64,000 nt of DNA, from assembly GCA_010093605.1 (NCBI GenBank), contig MU004181.1, positions 3,472,001-3,536,000 on the forward strand, in the 5' to 3' direction. Under the pieces are notes generated by a model. It had not been told where the DNA came from. It was given only the letters and a program-made list of their open reading frames with translations, and searched no databases. Each line of letters starts with the position of its first letter. Within the stretch, counting starts at the first letter, position 1. The position numbers were made by a program, and so were the translations under genes. Source of the DNA: Lophium mytilinum. Lineage: Eukaryota. Shown piece after piece: positions 37,509-51,228 of the stretch.

Positions 37509-38718
37509 GTTGCCGTTGTTTCATGCAGGAGGTTGATGCCGTGATACGTCGTGGAGTTGTGGGTGGGGGAATTGACGTGCCGGGACGCGACGTTAGCGCA
37601 GATCGTAACGGGCTGTCACGTGAGGCGCTAGGCCGACACGGAACACCCGCGCGGGGCATAAAAAAGGTAGCACCCTCAACCGCATTCTGCACTTGTCTGC
37701 CGTTGTTTGGGGTGCTCCAATACATTTTTGGAAATGTAAAAGAGGTAGAAACTCTTAGCCTTGGGCTATCTGGAAACTTGTTGAAGCACTCCAAGCAGTG
37801 CCAGAACGGTGTATGTACACACGACCGCAAAAGACAGATCTTGATGAGTCTGCCACTTTTTCCATGCCCGACGTGACACCCCCGAACAACGCAGCCTTCT
37901 CCAGCCCCTACACATATCCAGGAGAGCTTCGCGCTATCAGACAGCAGCCAGCCACTCGAGAAATCTATGCCGATGCTCGTCGCTTCCGTCGCTTGCTGTC
38001 AGACCAGCTCATTAGACTTGCCTGAGGGAGCGTGCGCTGTAGTGAAATCTCAGACATGGCCTGGAGAACAATACTAAGGGCTTTCGCCGGATATGACCAG
38101 CTCGCCAGCGGCTGCTTAAACACTCTCGAGAGGTGAGACGCCGCGAATAAGCATGTGTGATGAGCATGGTGAGTTCAGGAGTATCTTCTAGCGGCATTGG
38201 CGAATCTAGACAGCAGCGAGCGGTTGGCCTGAGGTAGTCGACTAGTTCAAAAGCAGGAATCATTCAAGAGCCATGGCTTTTGCATCCATGGTTAATTCAT
38301 CAGGTTTGGACTTTTTGTGCTCGTGCAGGTGAGGTTTGAGGATGGATGCACGGTGGGGTGGTTGAGCGCTCCTTCTTAGTATTGTTCTGCTTCGGGGCCG
38401 ACCACAATCGAGCTTCAACAAAATCCCCCCCACCAAAACGTGGCCACGGTCACGGCCCGGCCTCTGCATTGTCTCGCTTTCTATTGTTCCATACTTCATG
38501 GACCTTTTCTTCGCTGCTCCGCGCAACTAAAGCTGCAGCTTTTTCTTCAACATCCACAGATCTGCTACTCGCCATCTCCCTACTCGTTCTCGCGTCACGT
38601 CAAGACTCCCGGAAAGGTAGCCGTCTACTCCTCCGCTGACGGCGGCGAGGACACGACCGAGAAACTCAGTCTGTACTCCACACGTCGGTCGTCCTCAAAC
38701 CCAGAGCTTGTCAGCATC

Positions 38719-39970
38719 ATGACGGCCTCCAACGGAACCGGCGCCCTTCCGCCCGACTTCAATCCATGGAATCAAACCTTCAAGCTCTACATGGCGGATG
38801 GCAGCGAGTTCTCAGTCGGCATGAAGGACCTGGATTACTACAGAAATTACGCCGTCAGGGTCTGCATCAACTTCGCTACTCAGATCGGAGCTTCCATCAT
38901 GCTCTTGATCGTGCTATCCGTGCTTACCAGACGCGACAAGCGCAACGCCCCCGTCTTCATCCTCAACGCCTCCAGCCTGCTGGTCAATTTCATCCGGTCC
39001 ATCCTGCAATGCCTGTACTTCACCGGATCGTACTACAGCCCTTATGCCTACTTCGCTGGCGATTACTCGCGGGTTCCGAAGGTCGAATATGGAGTCTCTA
39101 TCACGGCAAACACTCTAACCCTGGTCTTGGTCATGCTCGTTATGTCGTCCTTGGTCCTCCAGGTCCGAGTGATGCTCATCACAGCTCCCAAAATCCAACG
39201 CTTCTGGATCATGGTCGTCACGTCCTCAATAGCCATCCTCACTGTCGCCTTCCGCTTCGGCTTGGTCGTTCTCAACAACGAGGCCATCATGAACATTGAT
39301 AGCTTCTACAATTTGCAGTGGTTCTTGACCGCAACCTACATCACGCAGGCCGTTTCCATCTGGTTCTTCTGTACGGTCTTCCTCGTCAAACTCTTCTTCG
39401 CCCTCAAACAACGCAAGAAGCTCGGAATCGCGCAACTAGGGCCTATGCAAATCATCTTCATCATGTGCTGCCAGACGATGGTCATACCAGGTAAGCCCAT
39501 CCTTAGGTTTCCAAATCCTATTCGAGGCCAGCGCTAACATTGACGTAGCCGTCTTCACCGTCCTGAACTACGTCCACCCCGCGGTCGAGTTCGCTTCGCA
39601 GACCCTCACTATCGTGTGCCTCTTCCTCCCTCTCTCTGCGATCTGGGCCGGCACCGCCATCGAGGACCGAAGATTTGCTGTTCGCGGACCAGGCGCGCAC
39701 CGTCAGCTTCTAGGGCTTGGCAAGACCATAACACCAGGCAGTACAACCACAGCCAGTCCAACCAAGCCTTTGATGTCCACTCGCTCTCACACCTTCTCTC
39801 AAAATACAGGCAGCCCAACCAAATCCTACATCTCCACCGGCTCTCACTCTTACACTCAGACTTCCTTGGAAAGCCCGTCTCCGATCTACAAGTCGTCTGA
39901 GAAGCAACAAGACGGGATTCGCGTCGAGAGGACATTCGAAATCTCACGGGACGACAAAGACATGGTTTGA
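38719..39970 (+). CDS. STE2: Alpha-factor pheromone receptor (Ste2/PreB, class D GPCR)
   Basis: FNPWNQTF, INFATQIGAS, SLVLQV, LGPMQIIFIMCCQTMVIP, FLPLSAIWA; 7 TM segments; intron 39491-39548. Confidence 0.95.
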
Positions 39971-41310
39971 GAGCTTCAGAAGATCAACGTTTACCAACGA
40001 AGCTCAGCGTTGCAAAATGGAGCTCAGGGCTTCGGTGTTCCATATTGGCGTCTGGAAACTGATGACTTCGAGGAAGCATCACTCATGCATGTGGGAGTAG
40101 GTACGGCGTATGCATTCTGGCACTCAGTGGGCGCTCAATTTTGGGCTACTTACAATCTTTGACGGACTTTTTCTTCTCTCTCACGAGGCCTTTTCTTCTC
40201 TCTCTCTTACGAGACCTTTCCTTTTTTTAATACCCAGCTGCTCATGCACTCAGCATAGTACTTCGTGCGGGAGCTACTTCGCCCGTTTCGACTGGTCAAC
40301 CTTTTCAATGCTGCGGTGATGGGCACGCGTTGTATGTATGTAGCAGTAGCTTCGGACAAGCAACTGATTCGATGCACGTGGATGTTCATTCCCACGTGCT
40401 TAAGTAATTAAATCCATCGGCTTCTTCAAGCCTTTCCTGTGGGATACTCGATCACACTCCGCGTTGTCAGTCAAGGAACAAGTCATCAGTGTCCAGTACA
40501 ACCTCCAGGGTGGTATGAGCTCGATATCAGAAGCGGGAATGACTACGATGTCCACCGAAAGTCCCACGTCTACTAAGTTTGCTTGCATTTGTCTCGCTCG
40601 TTGCACCACAATCCCGCGGCAGCCGCCCTCAGGCCCATCCTAAGTTGTAGACTACCTTCGCCATGCTCGCGGACTGTGTCTCGATGCAGAAAGATCCAAC
40701 TACCCATCTACTAGCAGCCTGTTTAAGAGGCTTTTGGAGGGAGGGGAAGGGTGGGCTAATAGCATGCCAAAACCAACTCCAAAATGCACTGACTGGCCCC
40801 ACTTCATGCTTCCCACAACACTAAGTTCTGACCTAGAAATCAAGGTCCGACTTAGGGCGTACGGCAATAATAGGCCATAACCGACTCCAAATCGCACGGA
40901 CTGGCTCCACTTTATACATCTCGCACCTGCAATCCTCCACGTCAGCCTAAATCCCAAAGGCCCGAGTTAGTGTCTGCGTCAAATACGATGGCAGAGTCGA
41001 TATCATTTCACACATCACCGCAATCAACGACAAGAAAATCTGCTCCATGGGCTGGGAACCTCAGTCCCGATAGAAAGCCTAGCATATGTAATTTCTAGCG
41101 AGTGTAGGGTATGGTATATAAGTCTGCATATACGCAATATACCAGACGAGTCATAGAAAAAGCAACACCGGCACTAGAAACTACCCACCACTATCATCGA
41201 ATTCCAAGTTTGTCAATTTGTGTGTTGCCGCAAAACGCCTATTCGAAGAGGTCCGAGATCCGTCGTTGTGTGGCTCACCCCCACTCAGACGCGAAAGAAG
41301 CGAGGATCGG

Positions 41311-43876
41311 TTACGAGCAGACGCCCTCCTGCCCGCCGATGGGGCTGGCGTCGCAGCCGTCAGGGTAGAAGAAGGATGCGACACTGTTCAGTTCATTAGC
41401 ATTGTTTATTGAAATCAAAAGGGGGATGAGAAAGGGGTGAAGCTTACGCAATGATAACATAAGCCGCAATCAGCAAGCTGCCTTCGAGGTAATTGCTCCG
41501 CCCGTCCAGGACGAGGAAGTTGACGACGAAGGCTGTGACGAAAAGCGAAACGGTCTCGAAGATGTTGAAGTACAGACTCATGGGCTTGTCCATGCACCAA
41601 CCGAGGATTACGATGACCGGAGTGATGAAGATTGCTGCAGTGTAATGTTAGCTTATTCGCTGTAGGGTGGTTTGGAAGATGGAGGAACCTACCAATTTGA
41701 ATACTGCTACCAACGGCAACACCAATAGCCAGATCCATCTTGTTCTTTGCTGCGACTGTGACAGCAGTGACGTGCTCTGCAGCGTTACCAACGATAGGCA
41801 AGATGATCAGTCCGATGAAGGCTTGACTAATTCCAGTGCTCTCGACCATAGGCTCGATGGCGTCGCTCATGAAGTCGGCGCAGATGGCGACCAAGCCCGT
41901 GCTGATTATCAGCATCATGATGGCCGTAGTGCGTGACATAATCTCCTCTTCTTCGACCTCTTCGTGTAGGCCAGAGGTGACCTGGACTGGATGAGGGGGT
42001 ATAGGGGCGCGACTATTCGACGGGATCTGCGTCAACGGTCTGTTGATGCGGTCAGGGAGGGATGCTGTCCGCCGGAGACTCCTAGGTCTTCCGGCAGGGA
42101 TCGCGCCTAATGCGGGGGATCCCGACAACGCTGGGGGTTGCGGAGGGTTCGAGAAGACGTTATTAGACAGAAGAGACGGAAGGGCTGGACGGAGTGCGAA
42201 AGGTCGTTTAGGTTGAGGAAGTTCCACGGCCAAGTCTTCTGCGAATGCGACTTTAGGGGCAGCAACGTCATCCGCAACGGTCTTGGTCTTGCCTTTGGTG
42301 TCGTTCTTCTCGTCGAACTTCTCAGACCCGTGACTATGTCTCTTGTGCTTTTGCTTCCGGGTTTTCTTCTGACGCTTCTCGCGTTTGCCGTTGGGAGGAG
42401 AAGTAGAGGAACCGGCCTCGAAGTCGCGCACACGAGGCGCATTATCAAAGCGAGCAATTTCATCGGTATCAGCCTCGTCGCCACTCATGATAGCACCGAG
42501 AACTGATTCACGTCGAGATACAGGGTGCTGCTGGTCCTCAAATGTGTTTTCCTGGCCGGCTCTCTGGCTCTCGAAGAAATTCTTGTGGTTCTCGACAGAC
42601 GGGGAGCTCATGACCGAGGGGATGGAATGTGTATCCTTTGAGCTAGAACTAGACTTACGGCGCTTGCGATTTCTGAAGGCGCGCTTGAACCTCTTGGCAG
42701 TGGTGTGTGAGCCGGAAGATCCGTCCGAGTCCGTGCTGCTAGAGTCTGAAGAACTATCCGATGAGCTTGACGAGTTGAGCATATCTGCGAGGAGGCCGGG
42801 ATGGGATTCCTCGTCGATGATGTGCTGAGGAGTACTGGCATACATATATGCATGGGACTTGAGCTGGAACAAAAGGTAAAGGATGTAGACAAGGAGGAGG
42901 ATCACACTCGTGCCGCGGCTGACTTTGAGAGTCTGCAAGTCGGCCTTGGAGTAACTAGCAAATGCGGAGTGGAATGCTGTTGGGAGAAGAAGACTCATAA
43001 CAGCTAGACTGAGCATACAAGCGCTCATCTGGGTGATGGTACTATTGTAAACCTATCATGATTGTTAGTAGTGGGACTAAAGTGACGAGGCAGATGACTG
43101 ACCTGTTCCTGGTAGCGCAGGCCACCGAGTAGGAAGGCCATGCCCAGAATGAGTAGCAGGTTTGCCAAGATGGATCCCAAAAGCGCGGCCTGGACGACGC
43201 GGATCTGGTTCCCGGCGAGTAAGATGATGAATAAAATCAGTTCAACAGCATTGCCGAAAGATACATTCAATAGAGCTCCCAGCGTATCGCCCAGCCTTGC
43301 GGCCACGCTTTCGGTCGCGTGGGCGAGCATTCCGGCGAGGGGAATAATGGCGATAGCGTTCATGGAGAAGATGATGACGGGGTTCAACCCGGCGGGCTTC
43401 GTGGCGATGCCTATGGGCACGAAGACCAGCAGGACATTGAGCCAGGTGTAGCACACGGCCTCTTTCAGATGGGTGCCAAATCGGATGGAGCCCTTTTTCA
43501 TGCGCGTAGTTAACGGGGGTTTGGCGTCCTTCTCTAGGGCGGCAGGTGTCTCGCCCGCAGCTGCAGCCAGGTTATGCGGAGGGGGGGCCGGCGGCGGCGG
43601 CGAAGTCGATGTATTGTCGGCAACATTGTTGCTGGTGGGGTCGCTATCGAGCGTGCCGCTGCCATAGTCGGGCTTCTCGGATGTGTGGTCGACTGCGCGC
43701 GTCGAGGGAGTGCTGCCAGAGCTGCTATTGAGGCCATTGACTCCAGCGGAATGGGCAGAATGAGTTGTGGGGAGAATGGAGGTCGGAGTGTCTTTCTTGT
43801 GACGTCTCAAGCCATGAGTGTTGACCCAAGACTTGATACTGCCTATTTTACTAGAATCGTCAGAAGGTTGTCCCAT
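41311..43876 (-). CDS. VCX1: Vacuolar Ca2+/H+ exchanger (CAX/Vcx1 family) with long Ser-rich loop
   Basis: LLNVSFGNAVEL, GSILANLLLILG, FQLKSH, LPIVGNAAEH, KMDLAIGVAVGSSIQIA; three introns. Confidence 0.9.
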
Positions 43877-45396
43877 CGAGGTGGTGCCGTTTGAGTGGTG
43901 TACAGGGCGTTAAGCGTGGGTTGGAGGGGACGCGAGGTAGCAACGTTCCGCGCCAAGCTTTCCTTTCGGGGTGGGCCAAGTAATCTGGGCCACGCTTGAC
44001 GCGTAGAAGCAGGGAATGGGGTGGAAATGCAAGGAGTCAAGTGTGCCAGCATACATAGTAAGCAGACAGCCTTAGCACATCCGCGTGTTAGCAGCTCGCC
44101 CAGCGTTTGCACTGCTGTTTGATTTGCGCGCGGCTGCGTGCCGTCATTTGTCTCCGTGCCCGCATGACTCGCCCGATCTGATTGCCCTATCCAGCCTTTG
44201 CCACAGCACCGCCACACCGCGAACCGCGATAGCCACGCACTTTGACCTCGCGTCATGCGGGGAGTCGAGATTGTGCATTCTGGCCAGTGGGCGCATATCA
44301 GATTCGTCACGAATGCGAAGAGATGACCCCTCTAAGCCATATATAGCATCACCATGAGCACCGAGCCAGAAGCGAAACGAAGTTGCGGATAGCGCAGCGG
44401 TAGCGTTCAACCATGGCACTGACCACCACGCTTCACTATTCCATTGACCTCCTTGCGTTGCTATTACAGCAGTCAACACCAGGCTTACTCTCCTTTTCTC
44501 GAGTCGCCTCGTTTTCTGCTCGTGGTTCCAAACAGCGCCCCTCTTAGACATATACGCCTGTATTCGACAAGCCGATTTAGAGACGAAGTAGACGTAGCGC
44601 GACTTGTCACTGTATAGATGTGCCTACCGTATCACATAGTAACTGAGTATGCAAACGCCACCTTGGCACGCTAAGCAGATTCCCTAAACCCATCATTGTA
44701 CAACTTGTCCGGATCCCGAGCTGCCAGGTCCGAATCCGAGCTGTCAGGCTCCACACATATGGTTGATAGGGAGTGGCCTGATACGCTGGAACATGCAAGG
44801 TTGAAATAGCGCGCCAACGTGGGTGTTTGTATAATCTCAGTCAATACGGTAAGTCGTTGAGCGGCAGTAAGATAAATCAAGACAAGAAGTGGGGCTTAAA
44901 GCTGCTGTATTGATGATGGTGAGGAAGCTAGCTATTGCACGGAAGGAGGATATATACAGGACACAGCTGAGTCAGCCATTAGCCCGGGAAAGGGCCAACA
45001 TCGTGGTTTGACCCACCTGTATAAGAATAGGGCCGAGGTGCAGTTAACTAGCAGCATGAAGGTAGCAAGCCTGGCAAACCCAATCACGACGACGAACTCG
45101 AATAACATTCTGAACTTCACATCAAATACTTCTCGAACCTCGAAACGGAGAGGCCTTTCGACCCAGATGATATATTCTGATTAAGTCTTCTGCCATTATT
45201 ACCCGACCGCCAGCTAAAAAGCGCGTAGTTCCCCCATTACTCCAAACAAGAACTCTATACTCCGGTGGTATCTTCACTGTGGAGCTCTCTCGCTACTAAT
45301 ACAACCATGTCTAAAATACCCAAGCTTATCCATGTCCCAACCCAGCCAAGCCGACCACGCAATGCATGAATGTAAACAACTGTCCTGTGTCGAACT

Positions 45397-47515
45397 CTAA
45401 AGTCTCACACGTCCCTCTGAGGCGCCACCGCCAAACCACCTCGCCAGCCCCTCTCTCCTCTGAGTCCCAGTGGCCGCCGCACCACTGTTCTCCGCGCCTT
45501 CGTCGCCGTCGCTCCCGCCCATCCATTTCGGTCTCCGGAATTCCGTGTCTTCGAACCAAGGGAACGTGTTTTTGACCCTGGCGCCGAAGTCGGAGAGGAA
45601 GTTGCCATCATCTTCATCTTCCACTACGGGCCTCCTCGCCTGCGGTCTTCTCGACGCCCCAGCCTCCCCATTGCTGGTTGGCGGGTTGTCTCTGTACCCT
45701 CCATTTGGAGGGCTTGATGTGGCGCCCCCTCGTTGGGCAAGCCCTAGGGTATTCCCACTCGCACCGTGGATCTCACGATCAATCAACGCGCGCCCTTCGC
45801 GCCAGCTCCCGGTGCCGTAGACGCCGGCTCCATCTCCGGTATCGTCCTCATCCTCTAGCAGATCGCCAAATCCGCAGATATTCTTAATCTTACCATACAG
45901 ATTGAAACTCGTCGCGAGTACGGGTACAAGTACGAAAATGGGGAAGAAGGACGAGAAGCCCGAGCCGAGCGGAGTAAGGTCGATGAGCCGACCTAGGAAA
46001 AGGTAGAACGAGCTAGCCTTGTAAATCTTGGGATCCACAAAAGTGGTAAAATTGAAGGACAGCGGCACCGTAAGCTTCGCAACCTGAAGGGCGTACCATG
46101 TTGCCGATTCAAGGTAGGTTCCGCGTCGCACCAGTGCCCGGTTGCCCCATATCTTGACTTCAGTTAATGAAAAGAAGGCGCAGGCACACATGTAACTGAG
46201 CCAGGCGCCAGCGATGAGTTGGCCTGCGAAGCCAATTTTACCCCTATTGGACTCTGGGTGGTGTACAACTGTAAGGCCGACTATGGAGAGCTTCGCCTCG
46301 TCGAGAGATTTTACAATCTCGGACCAGATGATGGAGACTGAGGCGAGGGCAAATACCGCGGATGTAACGTAGTAAAGTAGTGGAATAATGTGCGTATGTA
46401 GAAGGTAACGGGTATATGGAGTTAAGACTGTGACGCGAGAAAAATAGGTAGGGGCTGGTGCAGCAAAAGGAGAGTCTTGAAAATCCAGGCGCTTAGATGC
46501 CGCCGAGTCGAGGATAGCCTGTGTCTTGGTTGCGTTGCGGACTAAATGGTCCCAAGAATCCGAAAAGCGCATCTTAGCGTGGCGTGCACGCTTGAGTTTG
46601 CGTGTCAAATCAGCGAGATAGCGCTCTGTGATAACAGGAGGCACTGTAGAGGTCGATGCTCGACCTGTTGATAAGGTAGAAGAGCCCCTGGCTTCTGGCA
46701 GGGAGGACGATTCAACAAGCTCATCAATCCACTCCTGAAAGCCTCTCGTGATGCCATTTTTGCGCAGCTTGAGCTGCACGACTTGCGACTCGTACTGGTC
46801 AAGTTTGTCCAGGGCTTCCGTAAGCTTCTCATGGATATTCGGCGCCTGTGATTGTTGACGTCGAAGGCGATTACTTATGCTGGCATTCCGATATAAGGAT
46901 CGGGGCAGAGCGACAAGACCGTGGCCCATGAGATATATGGCTAGTACCAGCCCCCAGGAATATGCCAATGCCATAACCAATGCCTTGAATGTCTCGAAGT
47001 CAAATCCATTTTGGAAGATGAAGTATATGGCTCCGGTGATACCAGATCCAAGCGTTATCAGTTGATATCGACCGTTGGTACGTAGAGCATAAAGGAATCG
47101 ATCTTTTGGGTCGCGATAGCCGGCGTCGCAATACTCTCCTAGGAGCGGCAGGACTACCCTGAAAACCATGAGTATACATACAACGTTGTACTAAGCGCTT
47201 GGAACAGGCAACTTACCATGTCAACGCGAAAGTCAGCCAGTATGTTATCCGCCAACTAACCAACATAGCCCGTTGCGGAAGCCATATTCCCCTGTTTCCT
47301 CCCGTATCCGTCCCAGCAGTCGACGCAAGATCAATCGGGACCAGGAGTACTATGCTCGCAGGCAAGGCGATAGCGAGAAATACGGGTACTAGCACATACG
47401 CAGGCGTCGTCCGAAGCGGGAGGTAGTAGCGGAGAAGGAGAAGGACGAGGAGGCATATCGTGAGCAATGCGCCAGAAAAGAAGACATTGGAGCCTGCGGA
47501 AGAGCCCCCCATCAT
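45397..47515 (-). CDS. LMBR1-domain membrane protein (LMBRD2-like)
   Basis: LLVPIDLAS, WRITYWLTFALTW/VVLPLLGEYCDAGYR, LMGHGLVALPR; one intron. Confidence 0.85.
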
Positions 47516-48076
47516 CTCGGAGAGTTCGAGGGGGAAGGTTTTGGTGAGGCTGGCGGTGGAACAAGGGTGATTTAGGGCTGGACAAGCACCTCCATTTCTG
47601 TAGTGAGCTAGAGTTGATGTGAAATCCGATAGTGTCGTGAAGCTGGAGAGGACGATGGGGCTCCAGGGTCTCTCGGATGTACGAAATAAAGTCACCCGTC
47701 CGTCAACGGCGCGCGCGGAATGAGTGATGACGAGTCGCCGCATTGCCGCTATTACACCGGATTACCTTGCTTCCACGTGATCTGCCCGAAACTCCAGCGC
47801 TCTTTGTCACCGCTGTGCCGCCAAAAGGGGTTAATTGATTCCATCGCCTCGGCGATGGCATCATCGGGATAGTTCCCTTCTATGCGGGGCGCGCAGCACA
47901 TTGATATCTAATCACCACTCCATTCCAAATTTTGCGAGACCAGACCCCGTTCCTAGACCCTTTGCCCTATATAAACATTCCGCCAACCCATCCTCTCAAC
48001 CACTTCAACGCTGCACAACACCGCCACCATTTCCTTCCTACGCCACTTCTTCACTCGCGCCTCCAGCCCAACCACC

Positions 48077-48449
48077 ATGTCCGCCGCAAAGACCAAGGCC
48101 CAAGGCATCATCGACGACAACGCCGTCGCCGTCTTCAGCAAGAGCTACTGCCCTTACTGCAAAGCCACCAAGGCCACCCTCTCCGAGCTCGGCGCAAAGT
48201 TCTACACCATCGAGCTTGATCAAGTCTGTAAGTCGCGACAGCCAGGTTTCCAAACGATTCAGGGAAGAAAGCTAATCTGTACTGCGAATAGCTGACGGTG
48301 CCGCGATTCAAGATGCGCTCGAGGAAATCTCTTCTCAGCGCTCCGTCCCCAACATCTTCATCTCGCAAAAGCACATCGGCGGCAACTCGGATCTCCAGGC
48401 TCAGAAATCACAACTGCCAGCGCTACTGAAGGAGGCTGGCGCTGTTTAA
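48077..48449 (+). CDS. Dithiol glutaredoxin
   Basis: FSKSYCPYC active site, VPNIFI, HIGGNSDL; one intron; TATAAA at ~47970. Confidence 0.95.
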
Positions 48450-48997
48450 GACAGCGGGATGATATATCATGAGCGACTTTGATCAGATGGAGTTGAAGGG
48501 CTTCACTTAGGGAATTGGTGAATTACCGTTATGTACCCGAGGCAGTGGCCGCGTACCTCCATCAGATACAGAATCAAGCACGAAATACACGAACTATGCA
48601 GACAGACGCACGTGTCCAGAACTCCCAAAACCATGCATTTCGAAAAAGTATTGAGCTCGTGTCTAAAAGTGGGTACTCTTGAGTTTCCCGTCGTGCCTAT
48701 ACCCCACCCCCATACACAGAGGAGCCTAGGCAGAGAAGGGAGACGTAATAGCCGCAAACAGGATGAGACAGGTTGATTTCAGAAGGAAAGATCAGCCAGG
48801 GCAACTCCCTGCCTACGTATTTCCCTCTGCTCTCGCTCCGCTCGCTGCATGCTGCCATATATCTGATGCCCCCCCCTCAAGCTCCTCTAACCATCCCGAC
48901 ACAAGCCTCGACCGTTTCATTAGTGTCAAGTAATGCTTTCGTAGTGACTAGCAACTGTCCAAATTCCAACCGTTCGTCGTCAAAAGTCTATGACGCC

Positions 48998-51228
48998 CTA
49001 CGTTTGCATTGCCTCTGTAAAGCTCTGTGCAGCCGTGGTCGCGAAATACCTCACATCGACATCGTCGTCCTGCTGCAACTTCTCTAAATTGGGCAGAATC
49101 TGCTTGGCGATTAGATCCTGTCCCTTCGCGCAGCCAGTTCCTGGTGTTCCGGCTTTCTGGAGAGAAAGGACAGTTCCGTGCTCCGGAAGCTGCTTCAGGG
49201 TATCGATGAGTACAGCGTAGGATTTGGCGACATTGAAGCGAATATTGGGGATGTCGTCGTTGACCAGCTTGTCCATCATGGGTAGAATAGATGCCTCAAT
49301 CACTTCTAAACTAAGAGCCGGCGCAAGAGTCTGAAAATGATTGTTAGTGCCAAGGCAATGAGCATAGCGCAGCTGTAAACTTACAGAAACGGCAAAGCAG
49401 GTCGTCATTCGGTATAGATAGTTTGGATGTTGACCCATGGCTATGACTTTGGGGATGATGGCTTCGTTGGCCCACTCCACTCCGAACACTTCGGTAAGCT
49501 TCTTCAAGTTCTGTGTTGAGGCTTCTCGGATAGAGAACACGGTGTCTCCAAGCCAGCTCATGCACAAGCTGCTGAGCTTTTCGTCGAAGAACTTGACTCC
49601 CAATTGGGAAGCGAGGAGAGGAACGTATTCGATGATTGCAAGTCGGACGCGCCATTGCTTGTCCTCTGCCAGGGTCACTATTGCGGGAAGGAGAGATTGA
49701 GAGAGCAGCTCGATGCCGATTACTGGACCACATGTTAGATGTCGTGATGAATTGGTCGCGTGACATAACGTACCGTTGTTGACGAGCTCAAGCTTCGAGA
49801 TGATGTTCAACCGAACATCTGGGAACTCGTCCTTGAGCATCTGAAGGAACATAGGGAGGAGATGGGAGATAGTCCTGGGCCACATTATTAGCTAAAGTAC
49901 CATAGGGAAAATGTAAGAGAGTGACATACTCGTCCTTCCCGAGAATCGGGGCCAGCCCGCTGATCTGGGTGCCAAGAGCTGCGCGGACATGCTGAGATTG
50001 ATCTGAGACAAGCTCTTCTATGCTTGGCATAACGTCGTGGAGAAGGATATCTCCCTCGAGCAGGGCGCAGAAACCTATCGTGGTCAGAATCTGGGCCAAG
50101 CCTTTGGAGCACAAACTCAAAACAACTTACCGGGAATCTGCCCCGCAATTGCACTCCGCACCTCCGCCTCAGTGTCCTTGAGAAGCTTGACAAAAGATGG
50201 GACCAAATCCCGGCTGACTACTTCCTCGTCCACGGCTTTCGCAATCTGGAAGAAGACATTAGCCTTGGTAAGGAATAAAGCAGTTGGATATGCACTTATT
50301 ACCTTTTCGAATCGATCTGCCACCATGTACCGCACTCGCCAGCTCTTGTCCTCGAACAGACTCCGTAGGGCTGTAAGAAGAACACCATGGCTAGACTGCT
50401 GCTCCTTCGGTACAGCCTCCGCGATTGCAATCAGTATATCCACCGTCAAGAGCCTAACGCTATCCTGATCGTCGCTAGCAAGGTGCTGGAACAACGGAAT
50501 CATCTCATCGATGACGATAGCGGCGGGCATAGTTTTGATAAACTTTGCTAGGTTGCTGGCAGATTGTCTCCGCACCATGGGCGTATCATCGTGAACAAGT
50601 GCTCCGTATTGTTGCCTCAGCCCTTCCTGGGATGGAGGGGTAGCTCGGCTGTAGGGGACGTTGTAGAGGCCGGTCGCGGAAATCTTGGAGGTGAACCAAT
50701 CTGCTTTCGAAAGACGGACCACGAGTGGGATGAAGTATTCCTCAATCTGCGACTGGGACAGCTGCTCGCAGATTTTGTTCAAGGACTCCACGGCCTGCAT
50801 GTGACTGTTAGCACAAGCTCGATTACGAGCATTCTGGGGCGTTAATTACCTTCTCCCTAACCAACGGCTCCTCTATCGCTGCGAGATTCTCTAGCGGTGA
50901 GAGCAAGACATGACCGTACTCTGGGCCCCCCACATACTCAACAAAATTGCCCAACTCTTCGCTCAAGGCAGTCAGCACCTCGTCCTCGTCTTCCACCGAT
51001 TCTACACCAATTGTTAGCCAGGTAATTCCGATAGAAATCCAAGGGTGTTTATGCCATACCATCGAGGAAGGGTATCAGTTCATCTCTTGTCCTCTCCGCG
51101 CCGAGGGCCAGCGCGATGGTGGAGAGACGATGGATCGCGTTCAATCGCAACAAGACATCGTCATGCTTGAGCTCGTCGATCAGAACAGCGATTGGGTACA
51201 GCTCGTCGGTTTGATTCGCGCCCTCCAT
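48998..51228 (-). CDS. TPD3: PP2A scaffold (A/PR65) HEAT-repeat subunit
   Basis: [67 protein letters not shown]; multiple introns. Confidence 0.97.

Noticed and set aside
38440..38718. 93-codon N-terminal extension of STE2 from a GTG
   Set aside because: Non-ATG start. The ATG at 38719 has good context and gives the typical Ste2 N-terminus.
38719..39970. Possible mating-type locus around STE2
   Set aside because: No HMG/alpha-box gene, APN2 or SLA2 in the window; Pezizomycotina pheromone receptors are generally unlinked to MAT.
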